Source of the DNA: the human T2T-CHM13v2.0 reference genome, Homo sapiens | Direction: 5' to 3' (one strand) | Length of the DNA stretch: 64,000 nucleotides | Assembly (NCBI RefSeq): GCF_009914755.1 | Contig: NC_060942.1 | Shown: positions 39,292 to 51,827 of the stretch, in pieces | Numbering within the stretch: the first letter of the stretch is position 1 | How the letters are laid out: each line of letters begins with the position of its first letter | Program-made: the position numbers and the translations under genes | The notes under the pieces: model-generated | Seen by the model: the letters and a program-made list of their open reading frames with translations, nothing else | Told to the model about the DNA's origin: nothing | Databases searched by the model: none

Positions 39292-39974
39292 ACTTTAAAA
39301 TTGTATTATGAAAATTTGTACCTGTTTCCTTTTCTATATTTTCTATTTCTTGTCCTTGCTATCCCCTAGGTAATATGGTAAAAGGTAGAAAAAGTATAAA
39401 ACTTTGAAAAATAATAATATTGTGTTTTTCTTCTCTTTAATCCTTTCTAATCAGTTAATGTTTCATAATCAGTTAAGGCTCTCTCCTCAAGTCAGTTGAA
39501 ACTACTTTTTTTGTTTTCTAGTCAGTGACATACATATATGTATAGACCATATAAGAGCTTCTTAAGGAATGCTTACTTACTCCTGATGTTATAGAAGAAT
39601 ACAGTAAGTAATATTTAGATGAGCATATTTTATTTTAATAGTTATATGTTTATTTTAATATTATTTGACATTTAATATTATATTCAGCTTATTTTTTAAC
39701 TTTATTGTCACAAAAGCAATTGCGTTTAAAATATGTACTCCAGTTTTACCAACTATGTGAAGCGGATGCAGGAAGGACTGGTGTTCGGGAAATACTCTCT
39801 TACCCATGACGATGAGGCTCTATGACACCGTGGTTCCTGTCCCACGGGTTTGTAAACTCCTCTAAGAAATAATTAACAATTATTAAAAATATTCTTGCAA
39901 TTCAATTTCTGATATGAAGAATTTTTTACCCATAGATACATTTAACAACTGATATTTATGTTAATTAATTTTTG

Positions 39975-40430
39975 ACATCAAATATTTATTAAGACCAACT
40001 ATAAGTCAAAAGTGTTCATGATTTTGGAGAGACAAAAATTACAACGAAGTGATCTTGCCCTGAAGGTGTTGCAGTTGAAGGGGTCAAAAAATATGTCAGG
40101 AGAAAATCAGTAGGCAATTAAAATTACATGCAGTAATGAGATTCTTTGGAAGATGATGTACAATAATGAAGAAATTGTGAGATATTTTGTACATGGAGTA
40201 CAACGTAAAAAAGTGTCTTGGAATTTATCAACAAGGAAAGAAGGAAAGAGATTCCTGGCAAAGGATCCAGCTTCCAGCTTTTACCAAGGCAGCAAAGATA
40301 TGGAAAGCTATGACATGTCTAGATATAAGGAAATTTATGGAGTTGTTTATTGGTATGAAGAAAGAGATTAGCTATGCAGATTGATATTGACTGCTGAACA
40401 GCCTTTTATGCATTGAAAAGTAATTTAAGT
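39975..40430 (-). mobile_element. L2 3' fragment
   Basis: CAAATATTTATTAAG..ACTAT ... GATCTTGCCCTGAAGG. Confidence 0.55.
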
Positions 40431-40479
40431 TTTAATTTCATTTAGCTTTTATCTTAATACTGTTTATGTCTTCCCATGC

Positions 40480-42560
40480 CTTTTCCTTATTTTTAAAATT
40501 TTAAAATTTTTTTTATGCTTCTTGTAAAGAGTAGGAGATGCTTTTTATTTAGTCTTGAGTTTATCTGGTAATTATGTGTGAAAGTATCTTATATTTATTG
40601 TATTAATGATAAATTTAAGTTTATTTTATACCATCTTTTAAAACAGCTTTATTAAAGTATAATTAACATAGAATAGATTGCACTGATTATAGTATATACA
40701 AAGCCACCAACACTATCATTACAGATGTTATCTATCAACTCAAAGGTTTCCTTATGCCCCTTAGGAATTCCTTCCTTCCACATCCCACACCAATCATTGA
40801 TCTGATTTTTGTCACTATAGATTATTTTGCATTTTCTTGTTATATAAATGAATCATACACTAAACATTCTTTAGTTGTTCAATTTCTTCCATTCAACATA
40901 ATTATTTTGAGATCTATCAATGAAGTTAGTGTAGAAAACATCTATTCTTTTTTATTGCTAGGTAGTATTCCATGACTTATTCATGTTACACCATATGTTT
41001 ATCCATTCACTTGTTGAAAGAGGTGAATAAAACTGCTATGATCATTTGGAGGGTCACATGCTTGCATGTCTCTTGATATATACCAAGAAGTCACATGATT
41101 GGGTCATAATTTAGGTATATTTAACTGTTTAACAAATTGTTTTTCAAAGTGGTTAAACAGTTTTTAATTTTAACCTGAAATGTATGAGAGTTCTAGTTCC
41201 TTTCCATCCTCATCAAGAGTTTGTTCAATTTGAGCTATTTTCGTAGGTAAGTTTGGATTTTTTTCTTATTGTTGTGATTTTCTCAATAATATTCTTTATG
41301 TATTCTGAATAAACATTCTTAATCAGATTTTTTCCCAGTGTGGAACTTGTGTTTTTATTTTTTAAATGTATTTTAAAGGGCAGAAGATTTTTAATTTTGA
41401 TAGATGTATATTAATAATTCTTTTCAATATTTTGACCCACCTCCACAGGCTCTATTTATACATATATTAGGCTAATTGAAATTGTACTTGCACTTACTGA
41501 TGCCATGCTCTATTTATTTATTTTTATTCTGTTCTTTTCTCTGTTTTATTTGGGATACTTACTCTTGCTATAGCTTCATGTTCTCCCATCTGTTCTGCTA
41601 AAAACTTAACCTTCCATTAATTCCATCCAGTGTATTTTTCATCTTAGACATTGTAAATTTCATCTTTGGAACTACAGTTGGGTCTTTCTTATTTATTTTC
41701 ATGTTTCTATTTACGAATATTTGGAATACTGTTTTAATGTACTTCTCTGCCGATGCTAAAATCAGTGTCAATTCTGGAGAGATTTCACTCCATGATTTCT
41801 CTCCACATTATGGGTTCTAGTAAATGAAAAATGTAAAATTTATTTTGATGGATACTGGTTATGTTTTATTTGTATAATAACTAATCAGCTTTATTCCAAA
41901 ATGTAATTATGCTACTTGGAACCAATTTGATTCTTTAGGAATTTTTTAATTAAAATTATATGTGACTTTTTTTTTGGGACAGAGTTTTTGCTCTTGTCAC
42001 CCAGGGTGGAGCGCAATGGCGTGATCTTGACTCACTGCAACCTCTGCCTCCCAGATTCAAGCTATTCTCCTCCCTCAGCGTACCGAGTAGCTGAGATTAC
42101 AAGCACGTGCCACCACACCCGTCTAATTTTGTATTTTTAGTACAGACAGGGTTTCACCATATTGGCCAGCCTACTCTCGAACTCCTGACCTCAGGTGATC
42201 TGCCTGCCTTGGCCTCCCAAAGTGCTAGGATTACAGGTGTGAGCCACTGCGCCCAGCCCTTAATTAAATACCAGAACAGTTTCATTCCAGGGAAAATTAT
42301 TCCCCACCACTGAGGCAAGACCCTTCTGTGTACACTACCCAACACCCCATGAACTACAGGTCCTTCCAGTCTGGTTGGTGGGAATAGCCACTATTTCCAG
42401 TACTGGATGAATGCTGTTCCCAGTGGTTCCTTCCTAGGTGGTTTTCTCACCTTGCAGAGGAGATGCTGCAGTCTTTTCAGTTTTCTCTCTGTGCATGCTC
42501 TCAGATACTCTAGGCAGTCTCCCCAGTCTCCCAACTCTATCTCTTCATCTCCTACAGGTC
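40480..42560 (-). mobile_element. Old L1M fragments (3' end 40637-41420 within a 5'/ORF1 fragment)
   Basis: AAACAGCTTTATTAAAGTATAATTAACATA; TTCCATCCAGTGTATTTTTCATCTTAGACATTGTA; TACTGAGGCAAGACCCTTCTG-like motif. Confidence 0.75.
41967..42258 (-). mobile_element. AluS (Sq/Sp-like)
   Basis: GAGTTTTTGCTCTTGTCACCCAGG..GCAATGGC; CTGACCTCAGGTGATCTGCC. Confidence 0.93.
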
Positions 42561-43686
42561 TGCTATTTTCTGTCTGTTTTCTTATCCATTAATAGAGAAG
42601 CATGCTCATCAATTACAAAATGGCAAAGAGGAGAAACAGAAAATGAGACACTGCATTCAGTAGCCAGAAGGAAGAAAATTGTGAAGAAACCAACAGAAAG
42701 TGAATTTAAGAGGACACTTAACTGTGGGCCATCCTTTGCAGATGTTGCAACATAGCTAGAGAGAACACGCACTTTCTTAAGCATATAGCATTTTAAAAAA
42801 TATATGAATCCCTTAATTCCCTATACTCTGCTTTTTGCGTGCCATATTTTTGCCGGTTTCCTTTAGTTAGTTCATGAATTTTCCACTCTATTTTGTTGAT
42901 TCAGTTTCTGATTACTCTTAATCCACCTTGTTCTATGTCTTCCTTCCCCCTTATACTATTGCCCTTAACTCAGTGCAAATATTCAGATTTGCTTATCTAA
43001 ATCACAGCTGACTATAGTTGTAATCTAATCATCTGGAGTAAATATATCTAAATGTAAAATGTCATATATGTAAACCAAATTATATCTTATAAATAATTCT
43101 AGCAAAAATTACCAAAACTGTGACAGAATATTTAAGCACTTACTAATTGATAAAAGCCCTTAAAGTTCAAAATATTTTAACAGTGTATATCAGAAAAGAA
43201 ATTTCATAAGGTTTCATTGGTGCTTTTCTCTAAAAAGTAAAACATTTGTTTGCAACTCAATCTATTCTCAAGACTACTTATGTTTTTGTCTTTTGTAGTT
43301 ACAAAAATATTTTGTAACTACTTTTTTCTTATGCATTGAAAACATTTCAACTTTGGATCCTCTGATAAAATCCATTATACAAAATTTTGCAAATGTCATT
43401 TAAGAAACATTTTCTTTTTTTTAAAAGCTACAAGAAAACAACTTTAAGAGACCATTTGTAGACATAAAAATTTAACAAAAACTGAATTTTTTAACTTTCT
43501 TCAATGACTTTTATTTGTTAATTTATATATGGCTGTCTTTGAGATGAAAGAGCATTAGTTTTTGCATTACAGAAAGTATGCCTTCCAATGACAGACACTT
43601 TTTAAGCAGAGATTGAGATTACCTAAGAGGGGTAAGGGTAACGTCTATGGAAACCTGAATCGTTGTTTCTATTTACAGAATCCTGC

Positions 43687-43690
<4 letters not shown>

Positions 43691-43724
<34 letters not shown>
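43691..43724 (+). repeat. Isolated A34 homopolymer
   Basis: Directly counted; no Alu or L1 body upstream. Confidence 0.95.
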
Positions 43725-43725
<1 letters not shown>

Positions 43726-46366
43726 CATGGGCAACAACTTTTACACAATGATACAGAAGTTCCTGTCATGTGATACTTTTTCCCACTTTTCCGTTTTACC
43801 TTCTTAGTACCCAGTGGACAATTTTTCTTTTATCCCAACTCATGTCAACACCAATCTTCCAAGAAGTGTCAAGTATGGCGAATGTTAAGTTAATTTTGTT
43901 CCCAGCTTAGCCTTGAAGCAACTGGAATTTTTCCTTATCCCTGTATCTGGCCCACGTTTCTTAAGGCTTTATGTTTTCAGTGGATTTTTAATCAATCTAC
44001 GGCTAACAAATCATGGTGGACCAAAACTAATAATAGTGACATACTTTATCATGGAAATAAATTAATTATATAAACTTCATATGAATGTTCTCAATGTTCT
44101 TGATAAAATGCACACATACAAATAATGTTTGCTTTTTGCCGATATTTTTAAGGGGTTGGTGGAAGGACCTTAATAAACGGGTGTGACCTTGTGCCATGCA
44201 TCGTGCTTGTACTTTACCTGTGTCTCCTTTAAAATTTTGATACATTTTTAAATGCATACTAACAAAAAGCAAAGTAAGTGCAATAGAAATTAAGACTGAA
44301 ATTCATGGGTAAAAACTTACATTCTGAATAGAGAGTGACATATGTTAATATCCCCTTAGGCAAAGTCAGCCAGCATTTAGGCGACAGATGGATCATATAG
44401 ACACTGACATCGATGGAATTCTGGGATTGAGTTTTTGACAAAGACAGACTATTATCAAACAATGAATTCATCAAGGACATCCTCATCATTAGACATGTGT
44501 GCCTTCAAGTTTGGGAAAGAAAACATATTACAGCAAGATTAGTGTGCAGTAGCATTAAAATCATTGCATTAGACTTTCAATCCTCCCACTCTTAATTTTG
44601 TGGAGATCGAGTCATGCTAGCTTGTGTAAGATGGAAAGCCACACCTACTGCTATGTGATCATATCTGTTGAATGTAAGAGGTGTTTTTATTTTGACTGTA
44701 ACTTTAATTTTCACTCTTGAACAAGAGTTCTCATTTCTCTAAAATTATACAAAAATTTTTGCTATTAAGTGAAAATCTTCGTTGTGATGAATCTAAAAAC
44801 GGAGTGAACACGGAAAAATTGTTTTATATTAAAAATATAGCAGTTTTAGTGATTGTCTATTCCCCAGTTAATGATAATGAGGAATAAAAGAGAAATAGTT
44901 TAAATTTATCTTCTCCCTTAACCTCACCTTTCTTCCCATATTGTCAATTGAGTTCATTAGTCAGTACAACATCCAGAATTTCAGTGTCATATGTAACAAT
45001 TCCCTTAAAATTCTATTCTTCTTCGGTAGAACTGACATCTCAATGTTTATGCACAAATTCCTTTTTTTTTTTTTTAGTGTGTGGGGTCGTTACGCTTTTT
45101 ACTAACTTCTAGAACTAATTTATATTAAGACTAATCAGTAGGTGAAAATAGAGTATGGTCTCTTACTCAAGTGAAATGTTTTTATTTAAGTGGTGCCTTC
45201 TGAACACATACTATGAATCCAATAGAGATGGTGGATTTATAGAGGAAGCATTGTATAATGTACAAGGTAAAGAAGAAATATAGTTTTACTACTTCAATAA
45301 TAATCTTGTTATTTAACCTTGAAAAAAACATTTTCTAATTGTCAATTTTCTACTTCTGAGAGGCACTTCAAATAAGGTAACCTTTCAGCATTTCCATCTT
45401 AAAATTATTCAATCCAATTTTGCAGTAAGACATGACAAACCACTATAAGTTTCATTTAATTTTTTCTTTCTCTATCAGATAAAAATCCTTCAAATCTATA
45501 TGGAGTTGACATGATAAATTAAAATTACTTACATAGAAAGATCTTGAGATTGTTTTGTGGTTATAATCATCCTATTTCTGCTCCTACTGTATGCATTTTG
45601 TCTGTATGACTAACTTCTAAACCATTAATCATTTTAATTAATTCAGGCAACATGCTATTGCCAATGTTTAAAACAGGTGCCTCAAATGCCAATATTCTAC
45701 TCAAGATTTGTTTAAGATTTCAAATTTCCAATCCACCTCTTCTTCATTAAACAGGACCTATTTTCCCCTGATACTGTCTCTTTTTGGACACTGTCTCTGG
45801 CTATGAATGAATTTGCTTTTCATTCTCATTCCTCCCTGAGATTCGGAACTTGCTTCCTTTGTGCTATTTTTGGATTCATTTGCCTCTCCGAACCCAACAT
45901 TTTCAGCTCTCTTACTAACAACTACCAATGTCTGATAAAATTCTGTGAAACCCCATTCTTACATTACTTCATATGATATATTTCTGGGCCAACACTGGAC
46001 CTGTGTATACAGAGATATAAATTCAAATGTTTCTGGGTTTTGAACTTTCATAATTTTCATTAATTATATGACTGACGAAATGTAATGTAGGTATTTCCCT
46101 TTAGAGAAATATGCCCTGAACTCATCCCACATCCTTACACACTTAGTAACTCAAAGTTAAGTTATATAAGTATGCTCACTTTAGAACAACACGTCCAGTC
46201 TCTGTCTCTCCTCTTCGCTGTTCGTTCCTGTTATTTTCTTCCCTATTAGTTTAAGTTATTCACGCTAAGAAAATAGAAAATGTATGAAAACCAGTAAACA
46301 TTCTGATAAAGGTTTCCAAAGGATTAGAGAACGTTTCTGACAAAGGCCAAAATGTACCCATGTAGG

Positions 46367-46659
<293 letters not shown>

Positions 46660-46914
46660 TGTAGGAACATAAAAATTATAGAAAATTGGAAGTAGCTGGA
46701 AGTAGGATATGCCAAATTGTTATGCCTACATAGATATAAATTTTTACTTAGATCTGTATCAAACATAATAAAATCATTTTCCCTTATTTTCAGATAAAAA
46801 TTAGACCTAATATCAGAAATCTTTGTCATCATAAAAAAGTACATATAAAAATATGCTAATATATCAAATAAAATGTATTTATAATAATTCAAGTTGATTT
46901 ATAAGATAATTCAC

Positions 46915-47069
46915 TGTTTTTTGTTTTGTTTTGTTTTGCTTTTTAGACAGAGTCTCTGTTGCCCAGGCTGGAGTGCGGTGGCACGATCTTGGCTCACTGC
47001 AGCCTCCACTCCCTGGGTTCAAGGAATCCTCCTGTCTCAGCCTCTCAAGTAGCTGAGATTGCTGGTGCC
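46915..47069 (-). mobile_element. Alu right monomer (5'-truncated) with (GTTTT)n tail
   Basis: AGACAGAGTCTCTGTTGCCCAGGCTGGAGTGCGGTGGCACGATCTTGGCTCACTGC. Confidence 0.9.
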
Positions 47070-47769
47070 CTCCCAGGTTATGCCAAGACCTGATTTGCTA
47101 CTTTTTACTTACCATGTGAGAATGTGCATAGAATGCATTTAGTGTAAACTGAAGTGGAACTCTCAAGGGAGGATAATTTTGATGTGACTTGATGGCTGGA
47201 TATTTCTAATAACTTGCTTTCAGTGATATGCCAAAGACATCTACCAAAAGCCTTATGGCACACTCAGATGGACCTCTAATTGAGGGTGGAATTCCCAATT
47301 TAGTCCCTTGGGCACACATGATTTTTGCATGTATTAATTTTTTCTAAGTTACACAAAAACTTACCAATATTCAATAGCAAAAACATAAGTAGTGGTTTAA
47401 TAAACACTGAACCATCTATACCAGATATTCTGTGGAGAGTTTTGGAGCTGGTCTTGGTGTGTATAGTCAGGATGAAAGAACATTCTTGAAAGCTTCTCAT
47501 TGCTTTTATCCTTGCTAATCATATAGAGGTCCTAGCGGGTGCTTTCTTCCAGGAGACTGGACAGGATATCAGATCAGCTAGGAAGGACAATAACACGAAC
47601 AGCAAAAGTTCACATGCTTAACTAGTCAAATAGAACACCATGCCAATCAACAACATGGGGAAATATCTTGTACCCCTATAGAGGAAGGACCTTTGGATAT
47701 TCTAGTAATTGTGAGCTCCGATACCTCTTCAGATGAGTGGCCAGGAGTGCTGGAGGGCCAGGCCCTCAT

Positions 47770-48550
47770 GCTACATGGCTTATAGCAAAGTGGCTCCATA
47801 TTAAAGTGGAGAAAAAAATAATTTATAACAATGATTTTTTAAAATTAATTGGATATCCGTGTAAAAAAAAAAGTCTTCACCCAAAGCTTCAACCCTTATC
47901 TCAGGACAAAAAAAAGTGTTAAGATATGAAAGCTAAAAAAAAAAAAAAAAACAAAAAAACTTCTAAAAAGAATACAGGAAAATATCTTTATGACTCTAAG
48001 TGACAGATATTTTCAACAGGACAAAAATTAATAACCATAAGGTTAAATTGAATTTCATCATAATTAATAACTTCTTTGTCAAAATCCTCAAGGGTGTGAA
48101 AATGCAAACCACAAACTGGTATGCATTTCTAAATTAGATAAATATGTCCTACAAACCCATAATAAAACAAATCAGATAAAATTCTCCAATAACACCCTCT
48201 TTGTTCCTCAAAAGACAATACAAAAGAATACTGGGCAAAAGAACCCAGCAGTCACTTCACAAAGGAGGATAGCCAAATGGCCAACTGATACTCTATGAAT
48301 GATGCTAAAGGTATCATATAATAGTTAGGAAACACAAATGAAAACCTCAAAACCACAGCACAGTTGCCAGAATGTCTAAAATAAGAATAACGTAAATTGG
48401 TATGACTATTTTGAAAAGCTGTTTGGCAATATCTTCTAAACCTGATCACATTCACACTTGACGACCAAGCACTTTCAATCATAAAGTCATAATAAAAAAT
48501 GAGAATATGTGTTTGTAAAAAGACACATTTACCAAAAGACAAGGACAAGT
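47770..48550 (+). mobile_element. L1ME ORF2 3' fragment
   Basis: TAATTGGATATCC, AAACTTCTAAAAAGAATACAGGAAAATATCTTTATGAC, CACTTCACAAAGGAGGATAGCCAAATGGCC. Confidence 0.75.
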
Positions 48551-50029
48551 AAGTTCAACATTTCAGTAGGAGCCAATAGATGCATGTTATTGTGTGTCCA
48601 TTTGCTGTTTCAAGCTGTTACATTTTGGAGTAATTCGTTATACAGGGAGGGATCATTAATTCAGCAGATCCTCCAGTCCCCAGAAATGAACAAGATATTT
48701 CTCCTGGGTATCAGAACATAAATATGGCTGTGTTTAAAATAAGATAGCTTTAAATTTTGTATTAGTTTATCAAGTAGACAAGGGAGGAATTTTCTGTCTA
48801 TATTTAACAATTTTGCCGAAGACCAGGCAGATAATATGGCCCTGCCTACTGAATATAGCCATTTAAATGGAACTTTTGTGGTTTAGACATTTACACATAT
48901 AAAGTATACAATGTAAAAACCTTGAAAACTACATTTTTTGCTACATATTTTGCCCTACTACATGTTTGTAGGAAGAAAAGTATTATTTCCTCTTTAATGA
49001 CTTTTTAATTACATTTTGACCTACTATTGTACATGTGCTATTGTTAATGTAGATTAGAAGAAGAATTTAACAAATCCCTCTGTTACAAGAGCAGAGAATA
49101 AGAATTTTACAGGTATAAGTTTACTATAATTCATGTTACTTGCAACTATGTGTTTATTGTGGACATCTAGATTATCATGAGTCAATAAAAATTAAATAAA
49201 ATATTTAGAAAGGAAGTGAAATATTTTAAGTTCTTAATTACTATAAAGAAGCAATATTAAAGGTTTTATATATAAGCTTGTGTGTGTCTTCTCTCTTTTA
49301 AGGTATAGAGAATACAAGATGAACATGCATAAAAGTATAAAACATCCACATAAGATGCAAGATGTCATTGATACAGGTGAATTTTAGGTGTCATTAATAA
49401 CACTTAAATGTATTTTGATTATTTTGTTTGATAACACCTTAATTTACATTTGAAAAATTTAATTTAAATTAGAAGAATCACATGAAAAATCAGATTTTGT
49501 ATTTAAAATGGAAGGGACATTTAAAAATAAAAATTACAGATATATCCAAATTTAGAATAGTTTAGTTTTTGTTTCTTGCTCACAATGAACCAGAGTCTGG
49601 ATCCTTTAAAAAAATAAGGCAAGTACACAGATAATTTTAATTAAAATAAAGAGAACAACCAAGCTTCAGTAGAAGAAACAGCCAGTGTAGCCCTGGAATT
49701 TATTTAGAATATTGTGAACTATCTCTTTTCTTCAATGATGCTTTGGAGAGGCTCACTTCTAATAGCTTTCAGTTGTTCCTTGGTGCAGACTGTACTGTAA
49801 TTTATGCCCGCAACAAGGACAACAAAAAGACAGAGTGCAGTTTCCCATAGGAAAACTGGGGAAACTTCACGAAAAGAAAAGGAAAGAGAATATAGGCCTC
49901 AAAAGTATAAGCTGTTCAAGCTGTCATATACACATATATTCATACACATATGCACTCACGCACGTTCAAAGTAATCATTGGCAAAGCATAATTAAAACAG
50001 CAAAAACTTTACTTAGTAAGGTTAATCAT

Positions 50030-50250
50030 GGGAAACACAGACTTTGCAGTCAGCCTTGGATTCAAATCAATATTTTTATTTACTACACCATTTGTAATTG
50101 CTAAGCCTCAATTTATTTTATTTACTCAATATTTTATTTACAAGCCGTTTGAGGCTTACTAAGCCTCAATTTATTTGTCTTTAAGTGAAAAAAATCTAGA
50201 TAATAATAGTACCTACATAATAAGAATCTGCATCATTTCTAATGTGCAAT
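50030..50250 (+). mobile_element. MIR SINE fragment
   Basis: ACAGACTTTGCAGTCAGCCTTGGATTCAAATC; CTAAGCCTCAATTT; ATAATAGTACCTAC. Confidence 0.65.
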
Positions 50251-50396
50251 TTAAAGAAATAAGAAAGCAAGCGAGCTATAAAGAGAAAGGAACAATGAGC
50301 TTCCAGGTTGCTGACCCAACCCTTGTTCTCCCTCCTTTTGACTTTCCCGGCTCAGGGTGTTTTTGTTATAGACAGACACAAGGAGGTAGCTGTGCT

Positions 50397-51595
50397 TATT
50401 GTTTCTTTTTTAAAATGAAAGTTGCATTTATTAGGGTGACCCACGCGGCCAAGACAAGCAGGTTGCCACTCAGACCAGAGTGAAGTGATGTGGCTCTCCC
50501 TCCTTATAGATACTCCTCCCCCAAGTAATCTCTCTTCAGTTCCTCCCCACACTATCTGCTCAACCCTAAGTCTACCCTACTGCTGAGGAGAGGCCCAGAT
50601 TCCATAAAAAGGAACAGGGCCTTAGAATTTGAGGTTCCTTTTCACACATCTTGACGAAAGGCCACATCAGCGATTAGGTGCTAAGCTTTATAAAGTGAAG
50701 AATCTCTGTCCACTTCTGGCAGATACAGATTTGCACATTCTTATCCTTGAGAACCAGTTAGGTACTATTGTGGTCAAAGATTAACGACTTCACCTCAAAG
50801 TGTTATGCAACTGCAGTGCCTTATGGCTCTTAACCTTGCATAGACCCAAGAGTTTGACAGAAGAGTTGTTGGCTGCTGTAGACAGGTAGTAGCTCATGAA
50901 GAAGAGAATGCTAAGGCTGGGCTCAGAGGCATCAGAGAGGTTCATGCCATTGGTGTGCTCCCTGAAAGCTCAGATCTTGACCCAAAAGACTCAGAGAATG
51001 GAAGTGTGCACGGGCAAGAGAGCATCAGAAGGTCTCATCTGTCACCTTGGTGAGCACACGCCCTGTCGAGACATTGGAGAAGACCCAGGATTGGTCACTG
51101 AAGGAGCTCAGGAGATAGTCACCAGTAGCATGGAGGCTGAGGTCTGTCTCAGAGCTCTTCTAGGCCCAAACACCTTGCACACAAGTGACATTTGAGATCA
51201 ACTAAATTGTGATATTAGCACCTGGGAAGGCAGAAAACAGCAGGGAAGGCTGAAACCCCACAATGGTGACTTTCTTGGTATGACTTCAGAGGCTGGCCAG
51301 GCTTTGCTCAGAACTCTTGTGGAAGATGGAAATATTTTTATCTTCCTTCCCAAGGTCTGGTGTTGAAGAGTGGGCAGAGGTTTGGAGTGAGGATACCTGG
51401 AAAGCTGGTGCTGCACAACCCCATGTGAGATACCACCTGTGATACTTACTGAGATTTTCTGGCTTTACCAGCTCCTCATCCAGTTGTCCCCTTCTTTCAG
51501 TCCATGGTTAGCCAATCCCTCCTTGGTGTGAAGGTTCTGGATGATCTTTGGAGTCATTGTCACCAGCTTACCCAAATACAACACTGGTTTTTCAT
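50397..51595 (-). pseudogene. PRPF19: Processed (retro-) pseudogene of PRPF19/PRP19, 5'-truncated: linker plus WD40 repeats plus 3'UTR; symbol refers to the parent gene
   Basis: Minus-strand translation across frameshifts: LGKLVTMTPKIIQNL..EELVKPENLSKY..; [38 protein letters not shown]; YYLSTAANNSSVKL; FEVKSLIFDH; VQICICQKWTEILHF; NLKF*. These match recalled PRPF19 (LGELVGMTPEIIQKL; [39 protein letters not shown]; YYLATAADDSSVKL; FEVKSLIFDQ; VQIYICKQWTEILHF). No introns; AATAAA at 50432-50427; A-rich remnant 50411-50397. Confidence 0.93.
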
Positions 51596-51800
51596 CAATC
51601 AGGAAGATTTCTGTGGAAATGAAAGTAACAACAACTTAATTCACTTAGAACACTTCCTGGAGGGTAGTAACCAATCTATATTTTAATGAAAATAAAGATG
51701 GGGATGATGATTATATTGATAATGATGCTTGTGCTAGATTTCATGGAGTTCATACAAAAAATATTATACTTAACGTATGTTTTCATTCATGTGCACAAAA

Positions 51801-51827
51801 CATACACACACACACACACACACACAC
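51801..51827. repeat. (CA)n microsatellite
   Basis: Directly visible. Confidence 0.9.

Noticed and set aside
47510-47770. GC-richer patch tested as a second pseudogene
   Set aside because: The minus-strand frame I translated gave no recognisable protein; left unassigned, possibly an old ERV fragment.
50896-51686. ORFs 50896-51195(+), 51198-51416(-) and 51504-51686(+) as genes
   Set aside because: They are antisense or off-frame readings of the PRPF19 pseudogene.
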